A stretch of DNA of 64,000 bases, from NCBI GenBank assembly GCA_965237675.1, contig OZ250150.1, forward strand, positions 928,001 to 992,000, written 5' to 3'. Shown piece after piece: positions 54,087 to 64,000 of this stretch. A model generated the notes under the pieces. The model worked only from the letters and a program-made list of their open reading frames with translations. It did no database searches and was not told where the DNA came from. The stretch is from Candidatus Latescibacterota bacterium. Lineage in GTDB: Bacteria; Latescibacterota; UBA2968; GCA-2709665. A program made the position numbers and the translations under genes. Position 1 is the stretch's first letter, and the number at the start of each line of letters is the position of its first letter.

Positions 54087-57000
54087 TAGCGACTTTATAG
54101 GTCCTGTCATGTTTTCGCCCGATGGCCGCATTTTGGCCGGCGGTGGCGCGAGCGAAATACGCTTGTGGGATGTGGCCAAAAAAGAAAAGATCGACGACCT
54201 TCCGGGGTATGGTGGGATCTCTGTTGCATTCTCACCCGATGGTAAAACGCTTGCTTCCGCAGTTAGCGGTGGCGCTCAGTTATGGGATGTTGCGACACAG
54301 ACACCCGTAGCTTTCCTTAGGGGGCGTCGCCGGGATATGATTCCCCACGTTGCATTTTCGCCGGATAGCACAACGCTTGCTTCAACTTGGGGATCAGATG
54401 GCGTTCAGTTGTCAAATGTCTCCACACAAGAACAAATCGCCGTTCTTGAGGGGGACGATGCCGAAGAATTCTATTCTGTTGCGTTTTCGCGCGATGGTAA
54501 GACGCTTGCTTCCGGCAGTTGGGATTTTCCTAGTAAGGTTGTACTTTGGGAGGTAGCGACGAGACAGACAATCGCCACTTTTGTTGAAGGGCATGATGGC
54601 GTGAGCATCAATTCTGTTACATTCTCGCCCGATCGCACAATCCTGGCCAGCGGCAGCGGTTCCGCAGAATCAATTCACTTGTGGGATGTGTCTAAATGGA
54701 CAAGCCGCCGACCGCAGCCCCAGACTCTCCAGATAATTTCAGGCAATAACCAGCAATCACCGACCGGTTCGGCGTTGGCGAAGGCGTTTGTTGTTGAAGT
54801 AAGAGATCAGAATGGCAACCCGTTGCAAGGTGTTAAGGTCCGATTTTCTGTTACCGAGGGCAACGGAAAACTTAGCGGGAAATTTACCGTTCAAAACACT
54901 ACCACCGATGCAACTGGCAGGGCGCAACTTACTCTTACGCTTGGGCCGGATGCTGGAACAAATGTTGTCGAGGTTTCTGTCGACGGCATTGTCGCAAAAA
55001 TCAAGGAGACGTTTAGTGCGAAAGGCGTTGAAACGGAGACTTTGGATCGTGATTATCGAAAGTGGCACTTGCCCAACGGCACCATCGCTCGGCTGGAAAA
55101 GGGAAGCATTAGTGGTACCGTTGTGTTTTCTCCCGATGGACATACGCTCGCTGTCTCAAGTGGCATTGGTGTCTGGCTTTATGATGTTGCGACACAGAAT
55201 GAACTCGCGCTGTTAACGGGGCATCAGGGCTGGGTCAATTCAGTGGCTTTCTCTCCTAACGGTACCATGTTGGTTTCCGGGTCGAGCTCATCTTACAGCG
55301 GTACACTGAAGCTGTGGGACGTTTCGACGGGAAGCAACATTGCAACCCTTGGAGATAACCGCACCTGGCGGCAAGCAATCCAGTCAGTGGCGTATTCACC
55401 TGATGGAAACTCGATTGCTGCCGGTTCTTACGGCGAGGTTAACCTTTGGGACGTTGCCTCTAAAACAAAAATCGCTACCCTTGCGGGGCATGCACGATGG
55501 GTTCATTCCGTAGCCTACTCCCCAGACGGCAAGATGCTCGCCGCAGGGCTCAATGATGACAAAGTCGAGCTTTGGGATATTGCCGCAAGGACGAAGACGA
55601 CATTGACACATGAAGGTTTGGTAGGGTCCGTCGCATTTTCTCCCGATGGAACAACCCTTGTGTCTGCTGGTTCCGGAATCGTGAATTTCTGGGATGTAGC
55701 AACAGGGACTATTGTCTCCACATTGAGAAATACTTATGGCCCTGTGGCGTTTTCTCCCGATGGCACTAAGCTTTTTGCTGGGGATAAATTGAGGGATGTG
55801 AAGACAGCCACAATTCATGCTACGTTTGACCGACGAGCCGTTACCGTTGCATTTTCACCCAACGGCAGAACCCTTGCGACAACGGCTTTTGAAGAGGTTA
55901 GACTGTGGGATATTCACACGCATAATAGCGTACGAATAAGCCATAGTTCCCGAGTTGGATCGGTTGCGTTTTCGCCAGATGGCAATACGCTTGCTGCGGG
56001 GGCTAAATTATGGGATGTGAAGACGCAATCGAATTTCGCTACGCTCCGAGGATCCGGTCGCGATGTGGCGTTCCTACCCGGCGGCACGTCGGTCTTGATC
56101 GGAAACACGCTGTGGGATTTGGCGACGCGGACAATCCTGGCAACATTTCCGGGTCGGTTTCTTTCCGCTGCGGTTTCGCCCGATGGAACAACAATTGCGT
56201 CCGGCGGACGGGGAAGCAGCGTCGAACTGTTGGACGTTTCAACCAAGAAAGTTATCGGCACACTCGAGGGGCATACCGGTGACTTCATTGACGGCGCCGT
56301 GCAGGGCGTCGCGTTCTCACCAGACGGTATGACACTTGCTTCGGCATCGAGGGACAGGACTATTAAGCTGTGGAACGTTGCAACGAGACAAAATATCGGC
56401 ACACTCCAGGGACATAGTAAACATGTTGAATCGGTGGCGTTTTCGCCCGATGGCGAAACGCTTGTGTCCGGGTCCCGGGATGGCTCGGTCAGGCTTTGGA
56501 ACGTCTCGACAAGGTCGAATACGGCCACATTAAGGCACGGTATGGCCGTTATGACAGTCGCGTTTTTACCTGACGGCTCGACAGTCGCGTCAGGGATCTC
56601 GGGAAGTACCATCAAGCTATGGGATGTCGCGGCAGCTCGAAGTATTGCTACTCTTGAAGGACATTCGGGATGGGTACTGTCTATTGCGTTTTCACCGGAT
56701 GGGGAATTGCTCGCTTCGGGCTCGTCTGATGGCACGGTTCTGCTGTGGGATACGTCTTCCTACGGACCAGGAGCGACATCAGACGCCACCTTCTCCATTT
56801 CCCTGGACGGGAACGCCGCCGCAGGAGATCAGGGCGTCACAACGCTTGATGTTGCCACCGGATCGGTTGTCCCGATACAGCTTTTTGGCAATGGCATCCG
56901 GGATGCAAACGGTGTTTCCGCCCGGTTTGAATACGATGCTGCTCAGGTCGGTTATGACAGGTTCGATCCGGGAAGCCTGTTGCCAAATGCGCAGGTGCTC

Positions 57001-57701
57001 GCGGTGCCTGCTACAAATCCAACTGCCATCGATATCAGCGTCGTGTCTTTTGGCGGGCAGGCAACGGTCGATAGCGGCCTGGTGGGCAGCGTTCGTTTCC
57101 GCACGATGGACGGGTTCTCAGGTACCACGCTTCGGCTCGTGAGCGCTGAGATCGGCAGGGGTGATCAACGTGAGAAACTCACGCTGTCAGATACCGGCGT
57201 CATGCTAAGGCTGGCTCAGGCGACGCCGGACTTCAATGGCGACGGCAAGGTCGATTTTGGCGACTTTGTGGCGTTTGGCATGCGGTTCGGCGCAAGCCGG
57301 GGCGATGAAAGGTATGAGGCCAAATACGATCTGGATGAAGACGGCACGATCGGTTTTGGCGATTTCCTGATATTTGGCCGCGAGTTTGGTACGTGAGCGT
57401 CACAAACTGCACATTTAGAGTCTTACGGTAAGACTTCTGCGCAAAATGCGTTCATGCTTTTTCAGGCAACTTGCATACGGTAAGGCGTAGAAATCCCCCC
57501 ACCGCATCAGCCGTCGCCTGCCCTTCGACAAGCTCAGGGAACCGGATCGGCTTCTGCGACTCCCCCTCAAGGGGGGAGTGATTGGGCCGTCAAACGGGCT
57601 TGCGCGTTGACGTCCACCAATTTGGTTGCGGCTGAGCAAAGCGAAGCCGCGCTTGGAAAAATACATTGGCCAAATCTATTAAGGATCTACCAGGAGAACA
57701 G

Positions 57702-58439
57702 ATGGCGTGTAGACTATGTAAGGAAGACAAACCTCTGCTCAAGTCCCATATATTCCCGGAATGGCTCTATACTCCACTTTATGACGAGAACCGTCGGTTC
57801 TTTGTTCTTAGTACGGATGAAAACAAGAGGAGGGGTACACGCCCAAAGGGAATTTACGAGAAACTTTTGTGTAATGAATGTGAACAGCTATTCAGCAAAT
57901 GGGAGGGATACGCTCGAGCGGTTTTCTATAGGGATGATCCACGAATGAAGATTCAGGATCGCGGACCCCAAGTTGTATTCTCATGTCTGCAATATGCCCC
58001 ATTTAAGCTCTTTCAGATGTCCTTGATTTGGCGTGCATCGATCACGAATAGGCATGAAGTCCGCAGGATCAACCTGGGGCCACATGCTGAAAGACTTCGA
58101 GAAATGTTGTTCGAAGAATGTCCGGGGGAGAGTTACGAATACGCCGCAATTCTAATGTCGCTACCCAGGTCGCAGGACCAGATAATGCGGGAATTCATAT
58201 ATCCTCCAGAACCCCTCCCGAAAAAAATCGACGGTCACACAGGATACCGGGCTGTTTTTGGTGGTCTTTTCTGGCAGTTCATTGTCTCAAATCACTCAGC
58301 CGATCTTCAAGATAAGGATCTGTTTCTTTCGAAGGATGGGCAGCTTCCAATCTATAAAGTCGGGGAACCTGCCGTAGAATTTATGCGGAAACTGGCACTC
58401 GATTTTTCGAAAGCAGGTATGTTGAGTCAGCCGCTCTGA
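57702..58439 (+). CDS. hypothetical Zn-binding, HNH-like protein
   Basis: CRLC...SHIFP...LLCNECE; RBS AGGAG. Confidence 0.65.
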   Translation: MACRLCKEDKPLLKSHIFPEWLYTPLYDENRRFFVLSTDENKRRGTRPKGIYEKLLCNECEQLFSKWEGYARAVFYRDDPRMKIQDRGPQVVFSCLQYAPFKLFQMSLIWRASITNRHEVRRINLGPHAERLREMLFEECPGESYEYAAILMSLPRSQDQIMREFIYPPEPLPKKIDGHTGYRAVFGGLFWQFIVSNHSADLQDKDLFLSKDGQLPIYKVGEPAVEFMRKLALDFSKAGMLSQPL

Positions 58440-58808
58440 TTCTCGGCGCACACCCTGGTCTGCAGGCGCTCCCTCGCGCTCCCAGTTGTCGCAAAATGCG
58501 ACACCTGCGTTTCGAAGCCTAATTGTTCGGCATTCCTTCCCGTATACCTCACGCCCCGCCGGTGGTGGCGTTGGGGCTTTCCGCCGATTTCTGCTTTGGC
58601 AACTCGCACCCGTACGTTTGTTGTGTGGGGGGATCGTTCGCGGCATGAATCGCGCCGCTCACCAACGGCCTTAAACGCAAAAACCACGCGTCCCCTGTTG
58701 TCCCGAAAAATCGCCGGGACAACAGGTCGCCCGTTTTTCGGGTGGAGGCTGGTTCTCCGTGCCTTAACGTACAACAACATCAAGTACTGTAATTCTTCCC
58801 TCGTGCGG

Positions 58809-58958
58809 CCGGTGGTGGAGAGGGGGGTTTTGCCACGCTAATCCGTCCAGCACTGAAGCACCGAGGTGCCGTATTCGTACGTAGGGCACAATCGCCAGTC
58901 TATGCCACTGAGGAAGTTCGTGGAAAAACCGGCCCCGCGCCGAGCGGCGCGGTTCTTT
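58809..58958. repeat. ~150-bp self-complementary repeat, copy 2
   Basis: Shares CCACGCT.ATCCGT, CGTAC.TAGGG.ACAA, TGCCACTG and CGTGGAAAAA.CGGCCCCGCGCCGAGCG with 36428..36575. Confidence 0.75.
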
Positions 58959-59195
58959 TTGGTCCTTTTTCTTACGCGAATAAGAAAAAGGACGAAGAAG
59001 AAAAGAAGTTGAAGTAAAGGGTAAGGCCTGTGTCCGCCCGGAACGCAGTTCCAAAAAAGCCGGAAGAGGAAAGACGGACGACGTAAGGCCGCCCAACCTC
59101 CGCCGAACATCGATACGGCCTGACGAGATCAATTCGCGAACGTCTGGTTCTTGCAGGGGCGGTTCGCGCTGCCTCCTCCATTCCTGACAATAGAT

Positions 59196-61166
59196 TCAAA
59201 CGGCTTCCGTTACCGCCCCGCGCATCTTCAAGATATACTTCGCCCGATCCAGCGGCGATATCCCTTTGTAGGGCCGCACGACTCCCTCGCCCGGCGGGCA
59301 GGGCTCATATCCGCCGTACTTGAAGGAGAACTTCGCCGTTCCGCCTGTCAACGAGTTCAGCCGGATCGGATAGTCCATCGAAGTCGCCAGGGGTAATCGT
59401 CCTGTAACCGATAACGCACCTCCGTCAGCCTCCACGGGATCGAAGGTGCCGCGCGCATTTATGATATCCGACGTGATCTTTCCAATGCAGGTCTCGGGCA
59501 CCGAAATTTTGAACGCCAGAATCGGTTCGAGCAGAATCGACCCGGTCTCGGTCAGGCCTTTCAACACCGCGATATTCGTTGCCAGTTTGAAATTGCCCGC
59601 GCGGCTGTGCAAAACGTGATCGCTCCCCTCCACCAGGGTGATCTTCAGATCCGTGACTTCCCATCCCTTGATTCCCTGCTTGAGCGCGGCCTCGATCGAT
59701 CTTTCGATCTCCTTCTGATATCGTGCCTTGATGTCGTTGACGCCGACCTGTGACGAATAAACAACACCGCTTCCCGGCTCGCCCGGTTCCATCCGATACT
59801 TCACGATGGCCCAACACGGCTTCGGCATCGTGTAGCGCTCAATGCCGTGTCCGACCGAAGCAGGTGTCTCCTTGTAAATGACCATCGGGTCATTGAACCG
59901 TGCTTTGACGCCAAAGCGCGCATCGAGCATCTCCTTCAGAATCTCTGCCTGAACGGCGCCCATGATCTTCACGTGCAGTTCGCGTTCATCCTCGAACCAC
60001 GTGAAGTTGAGGTGTGGGTCTTCGCTCGACAACTGCTGCAGCGCCCCGGCCAATCGAGAGTGATCCGCCTCGTCTTCCGGGATAGCCTGTACCGACAGCA
60101 GGGGCTCTCCGAGCTCGCAGGACCTGGGGATGGGGCCCGGATCGCCCAGGATGTCGCCGATCTTCGCGTCCGGCATCCCGCAGAAGAAACCGATGTCGCC
60201 GGCGGAGAGGACGCCTGCGTCCTCATATCGATTGAGAAAGGATTTCTTGATCTGCGTAATCTTCTCGTCGCGATCCGCCGTGACATTCCGGATGATATCT
60301 CTGTTTTGGAGTCTTCCTGCATAGAGACGAACGCCGGCGATGCGCCCAAGTTTCGGATCGTGGTCGAGCTTGAACACCACACCGGAGGCAGGACGTGAGT
60401 CGTCGGCATTCGCATCGGGGAAATAGGCCACGATCTTCCCCAGCAGTTCCTCCGTTCCGATCATGTTCTTGGCCACGCCGCAGAGTATGGGAAACAGCTC
60501 TCTCTTTGCCGTGCAAGCCGCGATTACCTTCTCGATCTCTGCTCGTGAAATTGGCTCCTCGTTCAGGAATCGCTCCAGGTACACGTCGTCCTTCGCGGCG
60601 ACGCTCTCGGTCAGGGCGGTCAGACCGTCCGGGTCAAGATCGGCGATACCCGCGTCCGATTCGCCTTCCTTCTCCGGCTGATTGACCGGAATCGCGTCGG
60701 GTGAAAATCGGCGCTTCAGATCGTCGACGACCCTGGCCGTATCGGCGCCCATCCGATCCAGCTTGTTCACGAACAGGATGACGGGTATGCTCAGCGCTTC
60801 CAGCGCGGCCCAGATCGATTCCGTCTGAGCCTGGATGCCTTCGACCGCGGAAAGAACGAGCACGGCGCAGTCGAGCACACGCAGAGATCGCTCGACCTCG
60901 GCGGAAAAATCGACGTGCCCCGGCGTGTCGATCAGGTTGATCCTCACGCCCTCCCACTCGAATGACAGCGCCGATGCTCGGACCGAGATCCCCCGCCGCC
61001 TCTCCACGTCGAGCGCATCGGAGAGACTTGTCCCTTTGTCGACATTTCCAGCCGAGCGGATGGCGCCGCTGAGGAACAGCATATTCTCAGTCACGGTCGT
61101 CTTGCCGGCATCGACGTGCGCGAGGATACCGAGATTGCGAATTCTTGAGGAATCTTCAGGAGCCAC
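59196..61166 (-). CDS. TetM/TetO-like translational GTPase (EF-G paralog)
   Basis: NLGILAHVDAGKTT.TE, RGIS, DTPGH.DF..EVERSL, NKLD, EDP, LLEP; start codon uncertain (61166 or 61226). Confidence 0.88.
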   Translation of the reverse strand: MAPEDSSRIRNLGILAHVDAGKTTVTENMLFLSGAIRSAGNVDKGTSLSDALDVERRRGISVRASALSFEWEGVRINLIDTPGHVDFSAEVERSLRVLDCAVLVLSAVEGIQAQTESIWAALEALSIPVILFVNKLDRMGADTARVVDDLKRRFSPDAIPVNQPEKEGESDAGIADLDPDGLTALTESVAAKDDVYLERFLNEEPISRAEIEKVIAACTAKRELFPILCGVAKNMIGTEELLGKIVAYFPDANADDSRPASGVVFKLDHDPKLGRIAGVRLYAGRLQNRDIIRNVTADRDEKITQIKKSFLNRYEDAGVLSAGDIGFFCGMPDAKIGDILGDPGPIPRSCELGEPLLSVQAIPEDEADHSRLAGALQQLSSEDPHLNFTWFEDERELHVKIMGAVQAEILKEMLDARFGVKARFNDPMVIYKETPASVGHGIERYTMPKPCWAIVKYRMEPGEPGSGVVYSSQVGVNDIKARYQKEIERSIEAALKQGIKGWEVTDLKITLVEGSDHVLHSRAGNFKLATNIAVLKGLTETGSILLEPILAFKISVPETCIGKITSDIINARGTFDPVEADGGALSVTGRLPLATSMDYPIRLNSLTGGTAKFSFKYGGYEPCPPGEGVVRPYKGISPLDRAKYILKMRGAVTEAV

Positions 61167-61519
61167 AAGATTGTCGTTCAATAGGTGGGTGGCGGGACGG
61201 CACACAAGCGACGTGCGCGGATACACACCTCATGATAAACAAAAGCCGTCACGCCGGCGAGGAGTAAAGGAGACTAAGAAAGATCAAAATGTGAAGGGAG
61301 AGGTGATGCCGTTGTCCGCCCGGAACGCAGTTCCATGCGAAAATTTTCCGCTGGCAACGCCCGATTCCGTTCCTTTTCCCGTATTCCTTGCGTTCAACCA
61401 TGCTTTTCTTTACTATACCGATCCCCGGTGTCGATCCCCCCACCCCACGATTCGAATATGAAGTGAGAGGTAGGGAATTTTCCACCGGCCTTTGCCATTT
61501 TTGAACACGGGAGAATGCA

Positions 61520-62803
61520 ATGCAGACCGATTACGCGTTTGAAATGGGGACTTCGAATTTGCGGTTCGGTCCGGGAGCCACGCGGGAAGTGGGAATGGAT
61601 CTGTCCGAGTTGGGAGCCAGGCGGGTGATGCTGGTTACGGATCCCAACCTGGTGGAACTGCCTCCTGTGCGGACCGTGGTCACGTCCCTCACACGCGAGG
61701 GTGTCGAATACGCGCTTTTCGATCGGGTCCGGGTAGAGCCGACAGATGTGTCTTTCCAGGAAGCGATTGACTTTGCATTGGATGGAAATTTCGATGCTTT
61801 TCTCGCGGTGGGCGGGGGCTCCTCAATCGATACGGCAAAAGCCGCGAATCTTTATTCCACCTATCCCGATGATTTCTACGCGTACGTAAACGCGCCGATT
61901 GGAAGCGGCAAGCCGGTGCCCGGGGCGCTCAAGCCGCTGATCGCGATCCCGACGACCGCGGGAACGGGCAGCGAGACCACAGGAGTCACGATATTCGATA
62001 TCTCCGAAAAACACGTGAAAACCGGTATTGCGCACCGCCGCCTGAAACCCACGCTGGGCATTGTGGATCCCGAGAATACGCGGACGATGCCTCCGATTGT
62101 CGCTGCGTCTACCGGCCTGGACGTGCTCTGCCACGCCCTCGAGTCCTATACGGCGATTCCGTACGATCAGAGGCCTTTGCCCGAACGGCCGATTCTGCGG
62201 CCGGCATACCAGGGAACCAATCCGATCAGCGATATGTGGGCCCTCAGGGCCATCGAACTGGTCGCGGAAAACATCGTCCGCGCGGTTGCGGACCCGGAGG
62301 ATGACAAGGCGCGGTGGAATATGATTCTGGCTTCGAGTATGGCGGGTATGGGGTTCGGCAACGCGGGCGTTCATCTGCCTCACGGGATGTCCTATCCCGT
62401 GTCGGGAATGGTGCGGGACTACAAACCCGAGGGGATGGTGAGCGAACATCCCATCGTACCCCATGGGATGTCCGTTTTCCTGAATGCGCCCGCGGCCTTT
62501 CGTTTTACGGGACCGGCCTGCCCGGATCGACATCTCAAGGCCGCGGCATTGTTGGGCGCGGATATTGGCGGGGTGAAAGACCCCGAGGCGGAGGCAGGCG
62601 AGGTACTCGCGAATCGCATTGTGGCGCTGATGAAGCGTCTTGAAATGCCGAACGGCCTTTCGGCAATCGGATTTACGGAGGCGGATGTGCCGGCGCTGGT
62701 AGAAGGCACGCTGCCCCAGCATCGCGTGACCAAGCTGTCGCCGAAGCCCGCCAGCGAAGCGGATCTGGCAGCGCTATTCACGGAATCGCTAACAGCGTGG
62801 TAA
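61520..62803 (+). CDS. hydroxyacid-oxoacid transhydrogenase (iron-containing alcohol dehydrogenase family)
   Basis: GGGSSIDTAKA, YVNAPIG.G, PTTAGTGSE, RPAYQG.NPISD, GNAGVHLPHGMSYP, PHG. Confidence 0.92.
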   Translation: MQTDYAFEMGTSNLRFGPGATREVGMDLSELGARRVMLVTDPNLVELPPVRTVVTSLTREGVEYALFDRVRVEPTDVSFQEAIDFALDGNFDAFLAVGGGSSIDTAKAANLYSTYPDDFYAYVNAPIGSGKPVPGALKPLIAIPTTAGTGSETTGVTIFDISEKHVKTGIAHRRLKPTLGIVDPENTRTMPPIVAASTGLDVLCHALESYTAIPYDQRPLPERPILRPAYQGTNPISDMWALRAIELVAENIVRAVADPEDDKARWNMILASSMAGMGFGNAGVHLPHGMSYPVSGMVRDYKPEGMVSEHPIVPHGMSVFLNAPAAFRFTGPACPDRHLKAAALLGADIGGVKDPEAEAGEVLANRIVALMKRLEMPNGLSAIGFTEADVPALVEGTLPQHRVTKLSPKPASEADLAALFTESLTAW

Positions 62804-62955
62804 CTGTAAAGCGACGGACACAACGGCTGCCCGCTTGCGACTGTCACGGTGGGCTGCGTTCGGTCACTTGATCGTTGCGTAGCAGTGCCTTTATTCATAC
62901 CATTGCCGGGCCTGTTCTTCACTATTTCTACATTTCCACCGGAGGGACGGACGTT

Positions 62956-64000
62956 GTGGAAGCCAAGCTGATCTGGTTGTTGATCTTTGTGGGTCTATAC
63001 TGGGCCTATTGTCTTTTCTGGGGGTTCCGGGGGGCGCTGCGCTCGCGTACCTCCGCGGACTATTTCGTGGCCGGTCGCAGTATTGGGGTCTGGGTTTTTG
63101 TGCTCGCCGCCACGGCCACCAGTTTTTCGGGCTGGACCTTTGTGGGCCATCCGGGCCTGATTCTGGAGGCGGGCCTGCCCTATGCGTTTGCTTCCTTTTA
63201 TGCGTTGACGATCCCGCTTACGGGCGTGTTTTTTTTGAGGCGGCAATGGCTGATCGGCAGGGCGTTTCAGCATATCACGCCCGGCGAGATGTATTCTCGC
63301 TATTACGGGGGCGATACGATCCGTTTGCTGACCGTACTCGTGGCGTTTCTTTTCAGCGTGCCTTATCTGGGGGTGCAACTTCGGGCCTCGGGGGTGTTGT
63401 TCAACGTCCTTTCCGATGATCTGATAAGCGTCGAAGTGGGGATGTTCGCCCTGTCCGCCATTGTGATGATTTACGTGGCTGCCGGCGGGCTGCGTTCCGT
63501 GGCTTACGTGGATTGCGCGCAGTGCATTCTTCTGGCGTTCGGGATTGTGGCGCTGGGGTTTGTTGCGGTTCATTTCGCAGGCGGATGGTCCTCATTCACC
63601 GAGGGCGTCGGAAATCTGGTTCGGCAGGACCTGGCATCGGGAAAGGGACTGACGGCCGCGGGGCATTCACATTACGTGGCGCTTCCCGGCTCAATTCAAA
63701 TTGTCTCCGCGGGGTCGAAAGCGGTCGGCGGCGTCTGGACAGGTATGATGTGCATGACTTATATGTTCGCACTGATGGGCATCCAGTCTTCGCCCGCGTT
63801 TTCGATGTGGGCCTTTTCCAACCGCAGCAGTAAACCGTTCCGTTGGCAACAGGTGGTGGCTTCTTCGCTAATCATCGGGATCATCCTTTTTACCTTTACC
63901 ATTTTTCAGGGGCTGGGCGGCAATGTGCTGCTGGCCAACGGGGTCTTCGACGAGGTGAGCCGGCCGAAATTGGTGCCCCAGTTGATCAACTTGCTTTCGG
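62956..64000 (+). CDS. sodium:solute symporter family protein, partial (runs off window end)
   Basis: Read by hand: MEAKLIWLLIFVGLYWAYCLFWG...DYFVAGRSIG.W...ATATSFSGWTFVGHPG...ITPGEM...YVAAGGLRSVAYVD. Not in the ORF track. Confidence 0.9.
   Translation, partial: MEAKLIWLLIFVGLYWAYCLFWGFRGALRSRTSADYFVAGRSIGVWVFVLAATATSFSGWTFVGHPGLILEAGLPYAFASFYALTIPLTGVFFLRRQWLIGRAFQHITPGEMYSRYYGGDTIRLLTVLVAFLFSVPYLGVQLRASGVLFNVLSDDLISVEVGMFALSAIVMIYVAAGGLRSVAYVDCAQCILLAFGIVALGFVAVHFAGGWSSFTEGVGNLVRQDLASGKGLTAAGHSHYVALPGSIQIVSAGSKAVGGVWTGMMCMTYMFALMGIQSSPAFSMWAFSNRSSKPFRWQQVVASSLIIGIILFTFTIFQGLGGNVLLANGVFDEVSRPKLVPQLINLLS

Larger units (their letters stand above)
50126..57396 (+). pseudogene. large secreted zinc metallopeptidase-WD40-Ig(Big_1)-WD40-cohesin-dockerin protein, disrupted
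   Basis: HEIGHAFGLKH plus Met-turn; many VAFSPDG..LASG..LWDV repeats; ISGNNQ...VRDQNGNP Ig domain; C-terminal DFNGDGKVDFGDF and DLDEDGTIGFGDF; frameshift near 51360 and two IS630 insertions. Confidence 0.88.

Noticed and set aside
54109-56760. Periodic TCGCCCGATGG-like DNA repeats as a CRISPR array or diversity-generating target
   Set aside because: They are the coding repeats of WD40 blades (FSPDG); no cas or reverse transcriptase gene is present.

Overview
Bacterial DNA, moderately GC-rich and strongly mosaic. The gene content (WD40/TolB proteins with cohesin and dockerin-like EF-hand pairs, PhyH dioxygenases, an ERG4/ERG24-type sterol reductase, sodium:solute symporters) suggests an uncultured host-associated lineage such as a sponge-type Latescibacterota; this is inference only. 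About 1-31 kb is an accessory zone of gene fragments, IS elements (IS3, IS1595, IS630, IS1380, IS5), redox genes (katG, bcp) and defence-like genes. The main signals are: (i) a Dcm / GHKL(MORC-type) ATPase / second methyltransferase-like protein / Vsr / HNH operon bracketed by two ~207-bp promoter-bearing direct repeats; (ii) two probable selenoprotein genes that the ORF track splits at in-frame TGA codons, each followed by a SECIS-like hairpin (a UGSC-family variant reading U-C-G-A, and a redoxin reading W-U-R-R-S); (iii) two ~5%-diverged 'anchor' duplications, each copy followed by different cargo; (iv) an orphan AbiEi-like antitoxin with a 23-bp inverted-repeat operator. About 31-46 kb holds catabolic and transport genes separated by nested palindromic repeats. 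46.8-49.9 kb is a small XRE/toxin/HEPN/Abi island. 50.1-57.4 kb is one large peptidase-WD40-Ig-cohesin-dockerin gene broken by a frameshift and two IS630 copies. The window ends with a TetM-like GTPase, a hydroxyacid-oxoacid transhydrogenase and a partial symporter. Family names come from motif recognition, not database searches.
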